Shown here in pieces: positions 50,601 to 63,700 of a DNA stretch of 64,000 nt. The notes beneath the pieces were generated by a model, which saw nothing but the letters and a program-made list of their open reading frames with translations, was not told where the DNA came from and ran no database searches. The position numbers and the translations under genes are program-made. This DNA comes from Octopus sinensis (taxonomy: Eukaryota). How positions within the stretch are numbered: position 1 is the stretch's first letter; every line of letters starts with the position of its first letter. The DNA is taken from assembly GCF_006345805.1 (NCBI RefSeq), contig NC_043005.1, positions 70,990,001 to 71,054,000 of the forward strand. The letters run 5' to 3'.

Positions 50601-52246
50601 CAGTACCCGGGTCCCTGTCTATGACACTTGTCCAATTGCATCCCACACGTCCAAATTTGTGATCCGTGTAAGGCACAATGTGGAACTGTGGACAACTAAA
50701 CGTGTCCTTATCTCTTTTCTTCTCTTAATAAATATCCTATCTAAATACGATCTGCGTGAGCCGTCGTTGTTACTCCACGTCCACTGTGGAAACGCTCGGC
50801 TCATCCAGTCGGTAACGGTCTACTAGATCAAAGCTCTCTAGTAGACCCTTGAGGCTAGGGTTCCCCTTCCTATTGGTTGAGCCAACACTGTCGACCCGCG
50901 CTTCAAGGACAGTGTTAAAGTCCCCTACTAGGATTACCGTTTTCGACGTCGCTAAAAAGGTTTTCTTAATAAATATCCTATCTAAATACGATCTGCGTGA
51001 GCCGTCGTTGTTACTACTTCTCCACGTCCACTGTGGAACGCTCGGCTCATCCAGTCGTTACACTGGTCTACTAGATCAAAGCTCTCTAGTAGACCCTTGA
51101 GGCTAGGTTCCCCTTCCTATTGGTGACCAACACTGTCGACCCGCGCTTCAAGGACAGTGTAAAGTCCCCTACTAGGATTCCGTTTTCGACGTCGCTAACA
51201 AGGGCTCCAGGTCCGAAAAAAAACCCCGCCTGTCTACTCTCGGTCGGAGCGTAGACCTCCCAACCTGAAGACTGTTACGTACGTGGGTCACATCCATAAA
51301 CAACCCATCCTGCCTTCTGGGTCCAAAAGACAGTACTTACCTGCAGTCCCAGCTCTCCTGATAAGGACTGCCAACTCCTCGCCTCTTCCCTCGCTAGGAG
51401 AAATAAATTTCTCGAACCCATTTAGAAAGAGGCGAGAACGCTTGGGCCCCGTGTCATCTTGGACTCGGTTGCAATAGCTATGTCGACTCCATGTGTCGTG
51501 AGGTCGTGCAGGAAACATTTTGCTTCCATTTCGACCCCATTCCACGTACATTATACAACCCAGCTTAGCCCTTGTAGTGAGAGAGAAAATAAGTGACTCA
51601 CGGTTGGGAAGGAGCATGACGGTTTAAATCTGCCCGCTTTCCCCCCTTCGTTCCTCCCTTGTATCGTAGCTGCAAGCTCTTGACCGTCGTTGCCACCTGG
51701 GCTCTGGGTGGGTTGGTTGCCGTGGTTTCAGGTGCAAGTTTTGCACTCCATTACTCATTACATGTGCACCCACAGTCTCTAATCAGTCTGTTCTTAGATG
51801 CTCTTGAAGAACTTCTTCCTTCCACTCGTCTTCCTTTATTTTCGCGAAGCGAGTGGTTGCTTTTATGTCGTAGCCTTACTATATAACTTAATTTTGAAAA
51901 TTATAGTATTTATATACTCTTTCGTTTTTTTCAATCGAAAGCAATGATCTTATCATTTTTTTTTAAGGACTTTTTCACATCTTGTTTTATGGGGAGGGCT
52001 TGGCAAACTGTTTCCCAATGAAACAGTGCCATGGGGGTAGGGCTGGGGGATTTGCTTGGTGTGTATGTCTGCTGTGCTTGCTGATTTTTTTTTTTGTTTG
52101 GGGAGGGGAGTCCGGGGTGTGTCTTTTTTTCTTTTATGTGTGACTTGAGTGTAGTCCATTTGTTCGTACAATCCGTTTCTGTTTCAATACTTGTCTTCGT
52201 CTTGTTATTATCCTTTTCTGTCTTCTCCCCTTCAGTGTTTATCTAT
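47700..52246 (-). mobile_element. Tx1/L1 array unit 1 (indel-rich, with ~245-bp internal duplication at 50716-51205)
   Basis: Colinear with unit 3; many 1-nt indels. Confidence 0.9.
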
Positions 52247-55200
52247 CTTTATATTACGATTATAGAAAATCAATACATAGAAGGCGAATACAGGACATAC
52301 ATACAAAACCATTTAAGAGATTCGATTAAAGTGTTCGTTTGGATTCGTTATAAAAGTAATAGTTTTTTTCATAACTAGTATAACCAACACTTGTAGATGA
52401 CTTTTGTTGTTTTACTGGATCTTTTACACCCCGGCAATTGATGAGGCCCTGCAGCTTCCACTTCCCTCTCTCCTCCCATGGTCAAGCTTGGGTTTCTCAC
52501 ACCCACCTTTCTTTCCACTTCCTTCCATCTTTCTCATACACTCCCGCGGCAAGGTCCTCCTCTCCAGTCCCATCTTGCTTCTCAGATGATATCTGAAGTA
52601 GGTGAGCAAGCCGGCCCGTAGATAAAGGACCCTGTCGCGGCTCCTTCCATTCTCGTTCTCCCACATGCATTCCTTTACCACTGCAACCGTGCAGTGAAAA
52701 CATGCCTCACCTTCCTTCGAGAGTCCAGTTGGCGGTATCATCTTAATCATAGATCAGCCGACAGCTGTACTCGTCCCAGATGCGATAACACGTGTTCTGC
52801 GTAACTTATCAAGTCTTTCAACTTCCGACAGTGAACAAAAGCGTGCTGAACGGTTCTCATCGTCCAACCGCATCTTGGACATGTCGGTGGCACTGGACTC
52901 CGTGCCGCGATAACTTCTCGCGAACAGGTAAGCATTCCTGTAGCACTGCCAGGCCAGGGATCTTTGGAAATTATCCAAGTACCCCGACCTGAACGTTTTC
53001 TTAACAGATTGGCAAGCTGTCTTCATTCATCCCCAGAGCCCCTCCTAGACGTCATCGTTTTTACCTTCTACCAGCCCTCTATAAAATACCGAGGTGGTAT
53101 TTCCGCAGCCGGCCTTGCCCGTCCTGTGGATCAGCGTGAGTGCCTGTCGGCACTCCTTTGCCATGGAGTTAGATTCCATCTTCTGTGTAACCGGGTTAAA
53201 ATTAACTAAGGAGGCCGGTCTCGGGAAAAATCCCTCTGCCAGCGGACTCCACACCTTATCACCTTCCAGGTGGTGCCAGAGATGTCTTAGTCTCAACGCA
53301 TGTCTGCGCATCATCAACCAAGGCATCCCTAACCCACCCCTTTAACGGTTCCTGACAGCAAACGGAGCGCCTCACAAGTGGCTTTCTTCCCTTCCACAAA
53401 AAGCGGAAAAGGATTCGCTCCAACTTGTTAAGCCATGAACCGGGGCAAGGGACAACGGTCAGGCGGTAAGTGATTACAGATGCAATGAACATCTGTACCA
53501 CCTCCGCCCTTCCTTTCAAGGACAGAGACCTTCCGGACCAGGTCCGTACTATGGCCTCCACCTTGCTCGTCACCTCACTCCAGTTCCTCTCCGTTTGGGA
53601 GTCTGGCCCAAACCAGACTCCTAGCAACTTAACAGGGCCATCCGTCCAGTGTCCCACGACGCTGGACGATATCGACTTGCTCCTCCAGGTGCCGAGGCGC
53701 AAGCCAACCGACTTGTCCTTGTTAACCTTTGCTCCTGCCACCGCCTCGTATCCTCTGATAGCCTCTTCCACACAAGGTAGCTGGGCCTCATTGGACACGA
53801 TGAGGGTGACGTCATCCGCATAAGCAGTAACCGTCCTCCCACCTCCGATCTCATCCGAGTTGCTTCCCAGCCTCTCCAACTTTCGCAGCAATGGCTCAAG
53901 AGCCAACACGTACAAAAGTGGTGACAAGGGGCACCCTTGACGAACTGAACATTCAATCGAAAACGGTTCCGTTAGGTAACCGTTTATCTGGACGGTGGAC
54001 TTGATGCCGCTATACATAGCGGAGATCCACCCGCGAAATTCAGGGCCCAGTCCAGCCGCTTCGAGGACCGTCGCCAGGTACTCATGGTCTACCCTATCGA
54101 ACGCTTTACTTTGGTCTAAATGGACCATTACCCCGCCCTTGCCGTTAATTTACCCACCCTGTCTAAGGTGTAGCGTATTAGGTGAAGATTGTCCTGGATC
54201 GACCTGCCTGGAATTGCACATGTCTGTGCTCTCCCTACAAGTTTCTCTACGACAAACCGTCAACCTTTTTGCCAACACCTTGGCCAAAATCTTTAACTCT
54301 ACATTAAGTAGGTTATGGGCCTGTTAGTGTAGTTAACTGTTATCCCCCTTGCTCGGGTCTTTCTGGATTAGCGTCACCACTCCCCGGCTTACAGAGCTGG
54401 GAATTCTCCCATTCTGCTGCCAGTTCGTGTAGACGCCTGCCAATATTCCCCCGAACAAGTCCGGCATACTTTGGTAAAACTCGTAGGGCAGACCATCCAA
54501 CCCCGGCGCATCCGGCCAGTACCCCTCTATCTCCGCGGGAGTGATCGCTTCTTCACAGCACTCCACCTCACGCCCCGAGAGCCGCGGTCCGCCGGCCAGG
54601 AAGTCCTTTAAGGTCCTCCCCCGCTCCGGCGTCACACCACCCCCGAACACGGGCGAAATGCTGGTGAAGAAACTTTTGCATCTCCTCCTGTCCATAGATC
54701 TTTTGTCCCTGTTCGTCAGTTAAAGATTTGATTGAGGCTTTGTTGCCTCTCTGACTCTCCACTCGACGGCCCATCCGGCAACGTTAATACCTTCTCGTTT
54801 CCCAGCGCGTAGCTTAGCTCTGACTCTGCAACCTTCGTGTTTGGAGTTAAGGTGACGGTACAATACCGTCCTTGCCGCCAACACTCCGGATGCAGAGCCA
54901 GCTTCCATTGCCTCGTTTAGATTCTTAACTAGATCGTCCTCTATCCTAGACCTATCTAACCTTAGCTGATTGCTAAATCTGATGGACTCTGAACGAATGG
55001 CTCTTTTGAGGGAGTGCCACCATCTATTGTTAATGATGGTGCCACACAATGCCCTCTGTACTAACACCTTAATCCGGGTACGGAAGTCTTCACAATTCAA
55101 AATAGCCTTGTTCAGCTTCCAGTACCCGGGTCCCTGTCTATGACACTTGTCCAATTGCATCCCACACGTCACAAATTTGTGATCCGTGTAAGGCACAATG

Positions 55201-56515
55201 TGGAACTGTGGACAACTAAACGTGTCCTTATCTCTTTTCTTAATAAATATCCTATCTAAATACGATCTGCGTGAGCCGTCGTTGTTACTCCACGTCCACT
55301 GTGGAACGCTCGGCTCATCCAGTCGGTAACGGTCTACTAGATCAAAGCTCTCTAGTAGACCCTTGAGGCTAGGGTTCCCCTTCCTATTGGTTGAGCCAAC
55401 ACTGTCGACCCGCGCTTCAAGGACAGTGTTAAAGTCCCCTACTAGGATTACCGTTTTCGACGTCGCTAAAAAGGGCTCCAGGTTCCGAAAAAAACCCGCC
55501 TGTCTACTCTCGTTCGGAGCGTAGACAGCTACCAACCTGAAGGACTGTTTACTTACGTGGGTCACATCCAGAACAACCAGCCTGCCTTCTGGGTCCAGAA
55601 AGACAGTACTTACCTGCAAGTCCAAGCTCTTCCTGATAAGGACTGCCACGCCTCTGCCTCTTCCTCGGCTAGGAGAAATAAATTTCTCGAACCCATTTAG
55701 AAGAGGCGAGAACGCTTGGGCCCCGTTCATCTTGGACTCGGTTGCAATAGCTATGTCTACTCCATGTGTCGTGAGGTCGTGCAGGAAGCAAATTTGCTTC
55801 CATTTCGACCCCATTCCACGTACATTTATACAACCCAGCTTAGCCATTGTAGGTGAGAGAGAAAAATAAATGAACTCACGGTTGGGAAAGGGAGCATGAC
55901 AGTTTAAATCTGCCCGCTTCCCCTTCTTCCTCCCTTGTAGTCGTAGCTGCAGGGCTCTTGACCGGCGTTGCCACCGGGCTCTGGGTGGGTGTGGTTGCCG
56001 GGGTTATCACAAGTTTGCCCTCCATTACTTCTTTAGTCACATCTCTAATCAGTCTGTTCTTTAGATGCTCTTGAAGAACTTCTTCCTTCCACTCGTCTTC
56101 CTTTATTTTCGCGAAGCGAGTGGTTGCTTTTATGTCTGTAGCCTTACTATATAACTTAAATTTTGAAAATTTATAGTATTTATATACTCTTTCGTTTTTT
56201 TCATCGAAAGCAATGATCTTATCATTTTTTTTTAAGGACTTTTTCACATCTTGTTTTATGGGGAGGGGCTTGGCAAACTGTTTCCCAATGAAAACAGTGC
56301 CATGGGGGTAGGGCTGGGGGATTTGCTTGGTGTGTATGTCTGCTGTGCTTGCTGATTTTTTTTTGTTTGGGGAGGGGAGTCCGGGGTGTTGTCTTTTTTT
56401 CTTTTATGTGTGACTTGAGTGTAGTCCATTTGTTCGGTACAATCCGTTTCTGTTTCAATACTTGTCTTCGTCTTGTTATTATCCTTTTCTGTCTTCTCCC
56501 CTTCAGTGTTTATCT
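52247..56515 (-). mobile_element. Tx1/L1 array unit 2
   Basis: Colinear with unit 3; EN ORF 54720-55847, RT piece 53259-54128. Confidence 0.92.
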
Positions 56516-56748
56516 CTTTATTACGATTATAGAAAATCAATACATAGAAGGGACGAATACAGGACATACATACAAAAACATTTAAGAGATTCGATTAAAA
56601 GTTTCGTTTGGATTCGTTATAAAGTAATAGTTTTTGCATAACTAGTATAACAAACACTTGTAGATGACTTTTGTGGTTTTACTGGAGCTTTTACACCCCG
56701 GCAATTGATGAGGCCCTGCAGCTTCCACTTCCTCTCTCTCCTCCATGG

Positions 56749-58773
56749 TCAAGCTGGGTTTCTCACACCCACCTTTCTTTCCACTTCCTTCCATCTTTTC
56801 TCATACACTCCCCGCGGCAAGGTCCTCCTCTCCAGTCCCATCTTGCTTCTCAGATGATATCTGAAGTAGGTGAGCAAGCCGGGCCCGTAGATAAAGGACC
56901 CTGTCGCGGCTCCTTCCATTCTCGTTCTCCACATGCATTCCTTTACCACTGCAACCGTGCAGTGAAAACATGCCTCACCTTCCTTCGAGAGTCCAGTTGG
57001 CGGTATCATCTTAATCATAGACTCAGCCGACAGCTGTACTCGTCCCAGATGCGATAACACGTGTTCTGCGTAACTTATCAAGTCGTTCAACTTCCGACAG
57101 TGAACAAAAGCGTGCTGAACGGTTTCATCGTCCGACCCGCATCTTGGACATGTCGGTGGCACTGGAACTCCGTGCCGCGATAACTTCTCGCGAACAGGTA
57201 AAGCATTCCTGTAGCACTGCCAGGCCAGGGATCTTTGGAAATTATCCAAATACCCCGACCTGAACGTTTTCTTAAACAGATTGGCAAGCTGGTCTTCATC
57301 AAACCCCAGAGCCCCTCCTAGGACGTCATCGTTTTTACCTTCTACCAGCCCTCTATAAAATACCGAGGTGGTATTTCCGCAGCCGGCCTTGCCCGTCCTG
57401 TGGATCAGCGTGAGTGCCTGTCGGCACTCCTTTTGCCATGGAGTTAGATTCCATCTTCTGATGTAACCGGGTTTAAAATTAACTAAGGAGGCCGGTCTCG
57501 GGAAAAATCCCTCTGCCAGCGGACTCCACACCTTATCACCTTCCAGGTGGTGCCAGAGATGTCTTAGTCTCAACGCATGTCTGCGCATCATCAACCAAGG
57601 CATCCCTAACCCACCCTTTAACGGTTCCTGACAGCAAACGGAGCGCCTCACAAGTGGCTTTCTTCCCTTCCACAAAAAGCGGAAAAGGATTCGCTCCAAC
57701 TTGTTAAGCCATGAACCGGGGCAAGGGACAACGGTCAGGCGGTAAGTGATTACAGATGCAATGAACATCTGTACCACCTCCGCCCTTCCTTTCAAGGACA
57801 GAGACCTTCCGGACCAGGTCCGTACTATGGCCTCCACCTTGCTCGTCACCTCACTCCAGTTCCTCTCCGTTTGGGAGTCTGGCCCAAACCAGACTCCTAG
57901 CAACTTAACAGGGCCATCCGTCCAGTGTCCCACGACGCTGGACGATATCGACTTGCTCCTCCAGGTGCCGAGGCGCAAGCCAACCGACTTGTCCTTGTTA
58001 ACCTTTGCTCCTGCCACCGCCTCGTATCCTCTGATAGCCTCTTCCACACAAGGTAGCTGGGCCTCATTGGACACGATGAGGGTGACGTCATCCGCATAAG
58101 CAGTAACCGTCCTCCCACCTCCGATCTCATCCGAGTTGCTTCCCAGCCTCTCCAACTTTCGCAGCAATGGCTCAAGAGCCAACACGTACAAAAGTGGTGA
58201 CAAGGGGCACCCTTGACGAACTGAACATTCAATCGAAAACGGTTCCGTTAGGTAACCGTTTATCTGGACGGTGGACTTGATGCCGCTATACATAGCGGAG
58301 ATCCACCCGCGAAATTCAGGGCCCAGTCCAGCCGCTTCGAGGACCGTCGCCAGGTACTCATGGTCTACCCTATCGAACGCTTTACTTTGGTCTAAATGGA
58401 CCATTACCCCGCCCTTGCCGGTTAATTTACCCACCCTGTCTAAGGTGTAGCGTATTAGGTGAAGATTGTCCTGGATCGACCTGCCTGGAATTGCACATGT
58501 CTGTGCTCTCCCTACAAGTTTCTCTACGACAACCGTCAACCTTTTTGCCAACACCTTGGCCAAAATCTTTAACTCTACATTAAGTAGGGTTATGGGCCTG
58601 TAGTTACTAATGTTATCCCCCTTGCTCGGGTCTTTCTGGATTAGCGTCACCACTCCCCGGCTTACAGAGCTGGGAATTCTCCCATTCTGCTGCCAGTTCG
58701 TGTAGACGCCTGCCAATATTCCCCCGAACAAGTCCGGCATACTTTGGTAAAACTCGTAGGGCAGACCATCCAA
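56749..58773 (-). CDS. Reverse transcriptase + CCHC half of Tx1 ORF2 (track start is TTG, not ATG)
   Basis: GLDGLPYEFY, YRPITLLN, DQSKAFDRV, RQGCPLSP, YADD, CPRC...ETVQHAFVHC. Confidence 0.85.
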   Translation of the reverse strand: MDGLPYEFYQSMPDLFGGILAGVYTNWQQNGRIPSSVSRGVVTLIQKDPSKGDNISNYRPITLLNVELKILAKVLAKRLTVVVEKLVGRAQTCAIPGRSIQDNLHLIRYTLDRVGKLTGKGGVMVHLDQSKAFDRVDHEYLATVLEAAGLGPEFRGWISAMYSGIKSTVQINGYLTEPFSIECSVRQGCPLSPLLYVLALEPLLRKLERLGSNSDEIGGGRTVTAYADDVTLIVSNEAQLPCVEEAIRGYEAVAGAKVNKDKSVGLRLGTWRSKSISSSVVGHWTDGPVKLLGVWFGPDSQTERNWSEVTSKVEAIVRTWSGRSLSLKGRAEVVQMFIASVITYRLTVVPCPGSWLNKLERILFRFLWKGRKPLVRRSVCCQEPLKGGLGMPWLMMRRHALRLRHLWHHLEGDKVWSPLAEGFFPRPASLVNFKPGYIRRWNLTPWQKECRQALTLIHRTGKAGCGNTTSVFYRGLVEGKNDDVLGGALGFDEDQLANLFKKTFRSGYLDNFQRSLAWQCYRNALPVREKLSRHGVPVPPTCPRCGSDDETVQHAFVHCRKLNDLISYAEHVLSHLGRVQLSAESMIKMIPPTGLSKEGEACFHCTVAVVKECMWRTRMEGAATGSFIYGPGLLTYFRYHLRSKMGLERRTLPRGVYEKRWKEVERKVGVRNPA

Positions 58774-58841
58774 CCCCGGCGCATCCGGCCAGTATCCCCT
58801 CTATCTCCGCGGGAGTGATCGCTTCTTCACAGCACTCCACC

Positions 58842-60122
58842 TCACGCCCCGAGAGCCGCGGTCCGCCGGCCAGGAAGTCCTTTAAGGTCCTCCCCCGCTC
58901 CGGCGTCACACCACCCCCGAACACGGGCGAAATGCTGGTGAAGAAACTTTTGCATCTCCTCCTGTCCATAGATCTTTTGTCCCTGTTCGTCAGTTAAAGA
59001 TTTGATTGAGGCTTTGTTGCCTCTCTGACTCTCCACTCGACGGGCCCATCCGGCAACGTTAATACCTTCTCGTTTCCCAGCGCGTAGCTTAGCTCTGACT
59101 CTGCAACCTTCGTGTTTGGAGTTAAGGTGACGGTACAATACCGTCCTTGCCGCCAACACTCCGGATGCAGAGCCAGCTTCCATTGCCTCGTTTAGATTCT
59201 TAACTAGATCGTCCTCTATCCTAGACCTATCTAACCTTAGCTGATTGCTAAATCTGATGGACTCTGAACGAATGGCTCTTTTGAGGGAGTGCCACCATCT
59301 ATTGTTAATGATGGTGCCACACAATGCCCTCTGTACTAACACCTTAATCCGGGTACGGAAGTCTTCACAATTCAAAATAGCCTTGTTCAGCTTCCAGTAC
59401 CCGGGTCCCTGTCTATGACACTTGTCCAATTGCATCCCACACGTCACAAATTTGTGATCCGTGTAAGGCACAATGTGGAACTGTGGACAACTAAACGTGT
59501 CCTTATCTCTTTTCTTAATAAATATCCTATCTAAATACGATCTGCGTGAGCCGTCGTTGTTACTCCACGTCCACTGTGGAACGCTCGGCTCATCCAGTCG
59601 GTAACGGTCTACTAGATCAAAGCTCTCTAGTAGACCCTTGAGGCTAGGGTTCCCCTTCCTATTGGTTGAGCCAACACTGTCGACCCGCGCTTCAAGGACA
59701 GTGTTAAAGTCCCCTACTAGGATTACCGTTTTCGACGTCGCTAAAAAGGGCTCCAGGTTCCGAAAAAAACCCGCCTGTCTACTCTCGTTCGGAGCGTAGA
59801 CAGCTACCAACCTGAAGGACTGTTTACTTACGTGGGTCACATCCAGAACAACCAGCCTGCCTTCTGGGTCCAGAAAGACAGTACTTACCTGCAAGTCCAA
59901 GCTCTTCCTGATAAGGACTGCCACGCCTCTGCCTCTTCCTCGGCTAGGAGAAATAAATTTCTCGAACCCATTTAGAAGAGGCGAGAACGCTTGGGCCCCG
60001 TTCATCTTGGACTCGGTTGCAATAGCTATGTCTACTCCATGTGTCGTGAGGTCGTGCAGGAAGCAAATTTGCTTCCATTTCGACCCCATTCCACGTACAT
60101 TTATACAACCCAGCTTAGCCAT
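58842..60122 (-). CDS. APE-type endonuclease half of Tx1 ORF2 (ends at a frameshift)
   Basis: LGCINVRG, VYAPN, GDFN, YLDRIF, TDHK and GPGYWKLN motifs; 426 aa from ATG. Confidence 0.85.
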   Translation of the reverse strand: MAKLGCINVRGMGSKWKQICFLHDLTTHGVDIAIATESKMNGAQAFSPLLNGFEKFISPSRGRGRGVAVLIRKSLDLQVSTVFLDPEGRLVVLDVTHVSKQSFRLVAVYAPNESRQAGFFRNLEPFLATSKTVILVGDFNTVLEARVDSVGSTNRKGNPSLKGLLESFDLVDRYRLDEPSVPQWTWSNNDGSRRSYLDRIFIKKRDKDTFSCPQFHIVPYTDHKFVTCGMQLDKCHRQGPGYWKLNKAILNCEDFRTRIKVLVQRALCGTIINNRWWHSLKRAIRSESIRFSNQLRLDRSRIEDDLVKNLNEAMEAGSASGVLAARTVLYRHLNSKHEGCRVRAKLRAGKREGINVAGWARRVESQRGNKASIKSLTDEQGQKIYGQEEMQKFLHQHFARVRGWCDAGAGEDLKGLPGRRTAALGA

Positions 60123-60150
60123 TGTAGGTGAGAGAGAAAAATAAATGAAC

Positions 60151-60790
60151 TCACGGTTGGGAAAGGGAGCATGACAGTTTAAATCTGCCCGCTTCCCCTT
60201 CTTCCTCCCTTGTAGTCGTAGCTGCAGGGCTCTTGACCGGCGTTGCCACCGGGCTCTGGGTGGGTGTGGTTGCCGGGGTTATCACAAGTTTGCCCTCCAT
60301 TACTTCTTTAGTCACATCTCTAATCAGTCTGTTCTTTAGATGCTCTTGAAGAACTTCTTCCTTCCACTCGTCTTCCTTTATTTTCGCGAAGCGAGTGGTT
60401 GCTTTTATGTCTGTAGCCTTACTATATAACTTAAATTTTGAAAATTTATAGTATTTATATACTCTTTCGTTTTTTTCATCGAAAGCAATGATCTTATCAT
60501 TTTTTTTTAAGGACTTTTTCACATCTTGTTTTATGGGGAGGGGCTTGGCAAACTGTTTCCCAATGAAAACAGTGCCATGGGGGTAGGGCTGGGGGATTTG
60601 CTTGGTGTGTATGTCTGCTGTGCTTGCTGATTTTTTTTTGTTTGGGGAGGGGAGTCCGGGGTGTTGTCTTTTTTTCTTTTATGTGTGACTTGAGTGTAGT
60701 CCATTTGTTCGGTACAATCCGTTTCTGTTTCAATACTTGTCTTCGTCTTGTTATTATCCTTTTCTGTCTTCTCCCCTTCAGTGTTTATCT
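60151..60790 (-). pseudogene. C-terminal remnant of the array element's ORF1, with no N-terminus or zinc knuckle
   Basis: Overlapping frames (NTEGEKTEKD...SPSP; HKTRCEKVLKKNDK...LSQP*) stop 28 nt before the ORF2 ATG and begin abruptly after the previous unit's AATAAA. Confidence 0.65.
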
Positions 60791-63700
60791 CTTTATTACG
60801 ATTATAGAAAATCAATACATAGAAGGGACGAATACAGGACATACATACAAAAACATTTAAGAGATTCGATTAAAAGTTTCGTTTGGATTCGTTATAAAGT
60901 AATAGTTTTTGCATAACTAGTATAACAAACACTTGTAGATGACTTTTGTGGTTTTACTGGAGCTTTTACACCCCGGCAATTGATGAGGCCCTGCAGCTTC
61001 CACTTCCTCTCTCTCCTCCATGGTCAAGCTGGGTTTCTCACACCCACCTTTCTTTCCACTTCCTTCCATCTTTTCTCATACACTCCCCGCGGCAAGGTCC
61101 TCCTCTCCAGTCCCATCTTGCTTCTCAGATGATATCTGAAGTAGGTGAGCAAGCCGGGCCCGTAGATAAAGGACCCTGTCGCGGCTCCTTCCATTCTCGT
61201 TCTCCACATGCATTCCTTTACCACTGCAACCGTGCAGTGAAAACATGCCTCACCTTCCTTCGAGAGTCCAGTTGGCGGTATCATCTTAATCATAGACTCA
61301 GCCGACAGCTGTACTCGTCCCAGATGCGATAACACGTGTTCTGCGTAACTTATCAAGTCGTTCAACTTCCGACAGTGAACAAAAGCGTGCTGAACGGTTT
61401 CATCGTCCGACCCGCATCTTGGACATGTCGGTGGCACTGGAACTCCGTGCCGCGATAACTTCTCGCGAACAGGTAAAGCATTCCTGTAGCACTGCCAGGC
61501 CAGGGATCTTTGGAAATTATCCAAATACCCCGACCTGAACGTTTTCTTAAACAGATTGGCAAGCTGGTCTTCATCAAACCCCAGAGCCCCTCCTAGGACG
61601 TCATCGTTTTTACCTTCTACCAGCCCTCTATAAAATACCGAGGTGGTATTTCCGCAGCCGGCCTTGCCCGTCCTGTGGATCAGCGTGAGTGCCTGTCGGC
61701 ACTCCTTTTGCCATGGAGTTAGATTCCATCTTCTGATGTAACCGGGTTTAAAATTAACTAAGGAGGCCGGTCTCGGGAAAAATCCCTCTGCCAGCGGACT
61801 CCACACCTTATCACCTTCCAGGTGGTGCCAGAGATGTCTTAGTCTCAACGCATGTCTGCGCATCATCAACCAAGGCATCCCTAACCCACCCTTTAACGGT
61901 TCCTGACAGCAAACGGAGCGCCTCACAAGTGGCTTTCTTCCCTTCCACAAAAAGCGGAAAAGGATTCGCTCCAACTTGTTAAGCCATGAACCGGGGCAAG
62001 GGACAACGGTCAGGCGGTAAGTGATTACAGATGCAATGAACATCTGTACCACCTCCGCCCTTCCTTTCAAGGACAGAGACCTTCCGGACCAGGTCCGTAC
62101 TATGGCCTCCACCTTGCTCGTCACCTCACTCCAGTTCCTCTCCGTTTGGGAGTCTGGCCCAAACCAGACTCCTAGCAACTTAACAGGGCCATCCGTCCAG
62201 TGTCCCACGACGCTGGACGATATCGACTTGCTCCTCCAGGTGCCGAGGCGCAAGCCAACCGACTTGTCCTTGTTAACCTTTGCTCCTGCCACCGCCTCGT
62301 ATCCTCTGATAGCCTCTTCCACACAAGGTAGCTGGGCCTCATTGGACACGATGAGGGTGACGTCATCCGCATAAGCAGTAACCGTCCTCCCACCTCCGAT
62401 CTCATCCGAGTTGCTTCCCAGCCTCTCCAACTTTCGCAGCAATGGCTCAAGAGCCAACACGTACAAAAGTGGTGACAAGGGGCACCCTTGACGAACTGAA
62501 CATTCAATCGAAAACGGTTCCGTTAGGTAACCGTTTATCTGGACGGTGGACTTGATGCCGCTATACATAGCGGAGATCCACCCGCGAAATTCAGGGCCCA
62601 GTCCAGCCGCTTCGAGGACCGTCGCCAGGTACTCATGGTCTACCCTATCGAACGCTTTACTTTGGTCTAAATGGACCATTACCCCGCCCTTGCCGGTTAA
62701 TTTACCCACCCTGTCTAAGGTGTAGCGTATTAGGTGAAGATTGTCCTGGATCGACCTGCCTGGAATTGCACATGTCTGTGCTCTCCCTACAAGTTTCTCT
62801 ACGACAACCGTCAACCTTTTTGCCAACACCTTGGCCAAAATCTTTAACTCTACATTAAGTAGGGTTATGGGCCTGTAGTTACTAATGTTATCCCCCTTGC
62901 TCGGGTCTTTCTGGATTAGCGTCACCACTCCCCGGCTTACAGAGCTGGGAATTCTCCCATTCTGCTGCCAGTTCGTGTAGACGCCTGCCAATATTCCCCC
63001 GAACAAGTCCGGCATACTTTGGTAAAACTCGTAGGGCAGACCATCCAACCCCGGCGCATCCGGCCAGTATCCCCTCTATCTCCGCGGGAGTGATCGCTTC
63101 TTCACAGCACTCCACCTCACGCCCCGAGAGCCGCGGTCCGCCGGCCAGGAAGTCCTTTAAGGTCCTCCCCCGCTCCGGCGTCACACCACCCCCGAACACG
63201 GGCGAAATGCTGGTGAAGAAACTTTTGCATCTCCTCCTGTCCATAGATCTTTTGTCCCTGTTCGTCAGTTAAAGATTTGATTGAGGCTTTGTTGCCTCTC
63301 TGACTCTCCACTCGACGGGCCCATCCGGCAACGTTAATACCTTCTCGTTTCCCAGCGCGTAGCTTAGCTCTGACTCTGCAACCTTCGTGTTTGGAGTTAA
63401 GGTGACGGTACAATACCGTCCTTGCCGCCAACACTCCGGATGCAGAGCCAGCTTCCATTGCCTCGTTTAGATTCTTAACTAGATCGTCCTCTATCCTAGA
63501 CCTATCTAACCTTAGCTGATTGCTAAATCTGATGGACTCTGAACGAATGGCTCTTTTGAGGGAGTGCCACCATCTATTGTTAATGATGGTGCCACACAAT
63601 GCCCTCTGTACTAACACCTTAATCCGGGTACGGAAGTCTTCACAATTCAAAATAGCCTTGTTCAGCTTCCAGTACCCGGGTCCCTGTCTATGACACTTGT

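Larger units (their letters stand above)
56516..60790 (-). mobile_element. Tx1/L1 array unit 3 (4275 bp): ORF1 3' remnant + split ORF2 + 3' UTR
   Basis: Exact 4275-bp offset to unit 4 (e.g. 56749 vs 61024). Confidence 0.95.

Noticed and set aside
58740-58930. Programmed ribosomal frameshifting between EN and RT
   Set aside because: Two separate shifts plus loss of a conserved motif would be needed; no clear slippery heptamer; mutation or consensus error is simpler.
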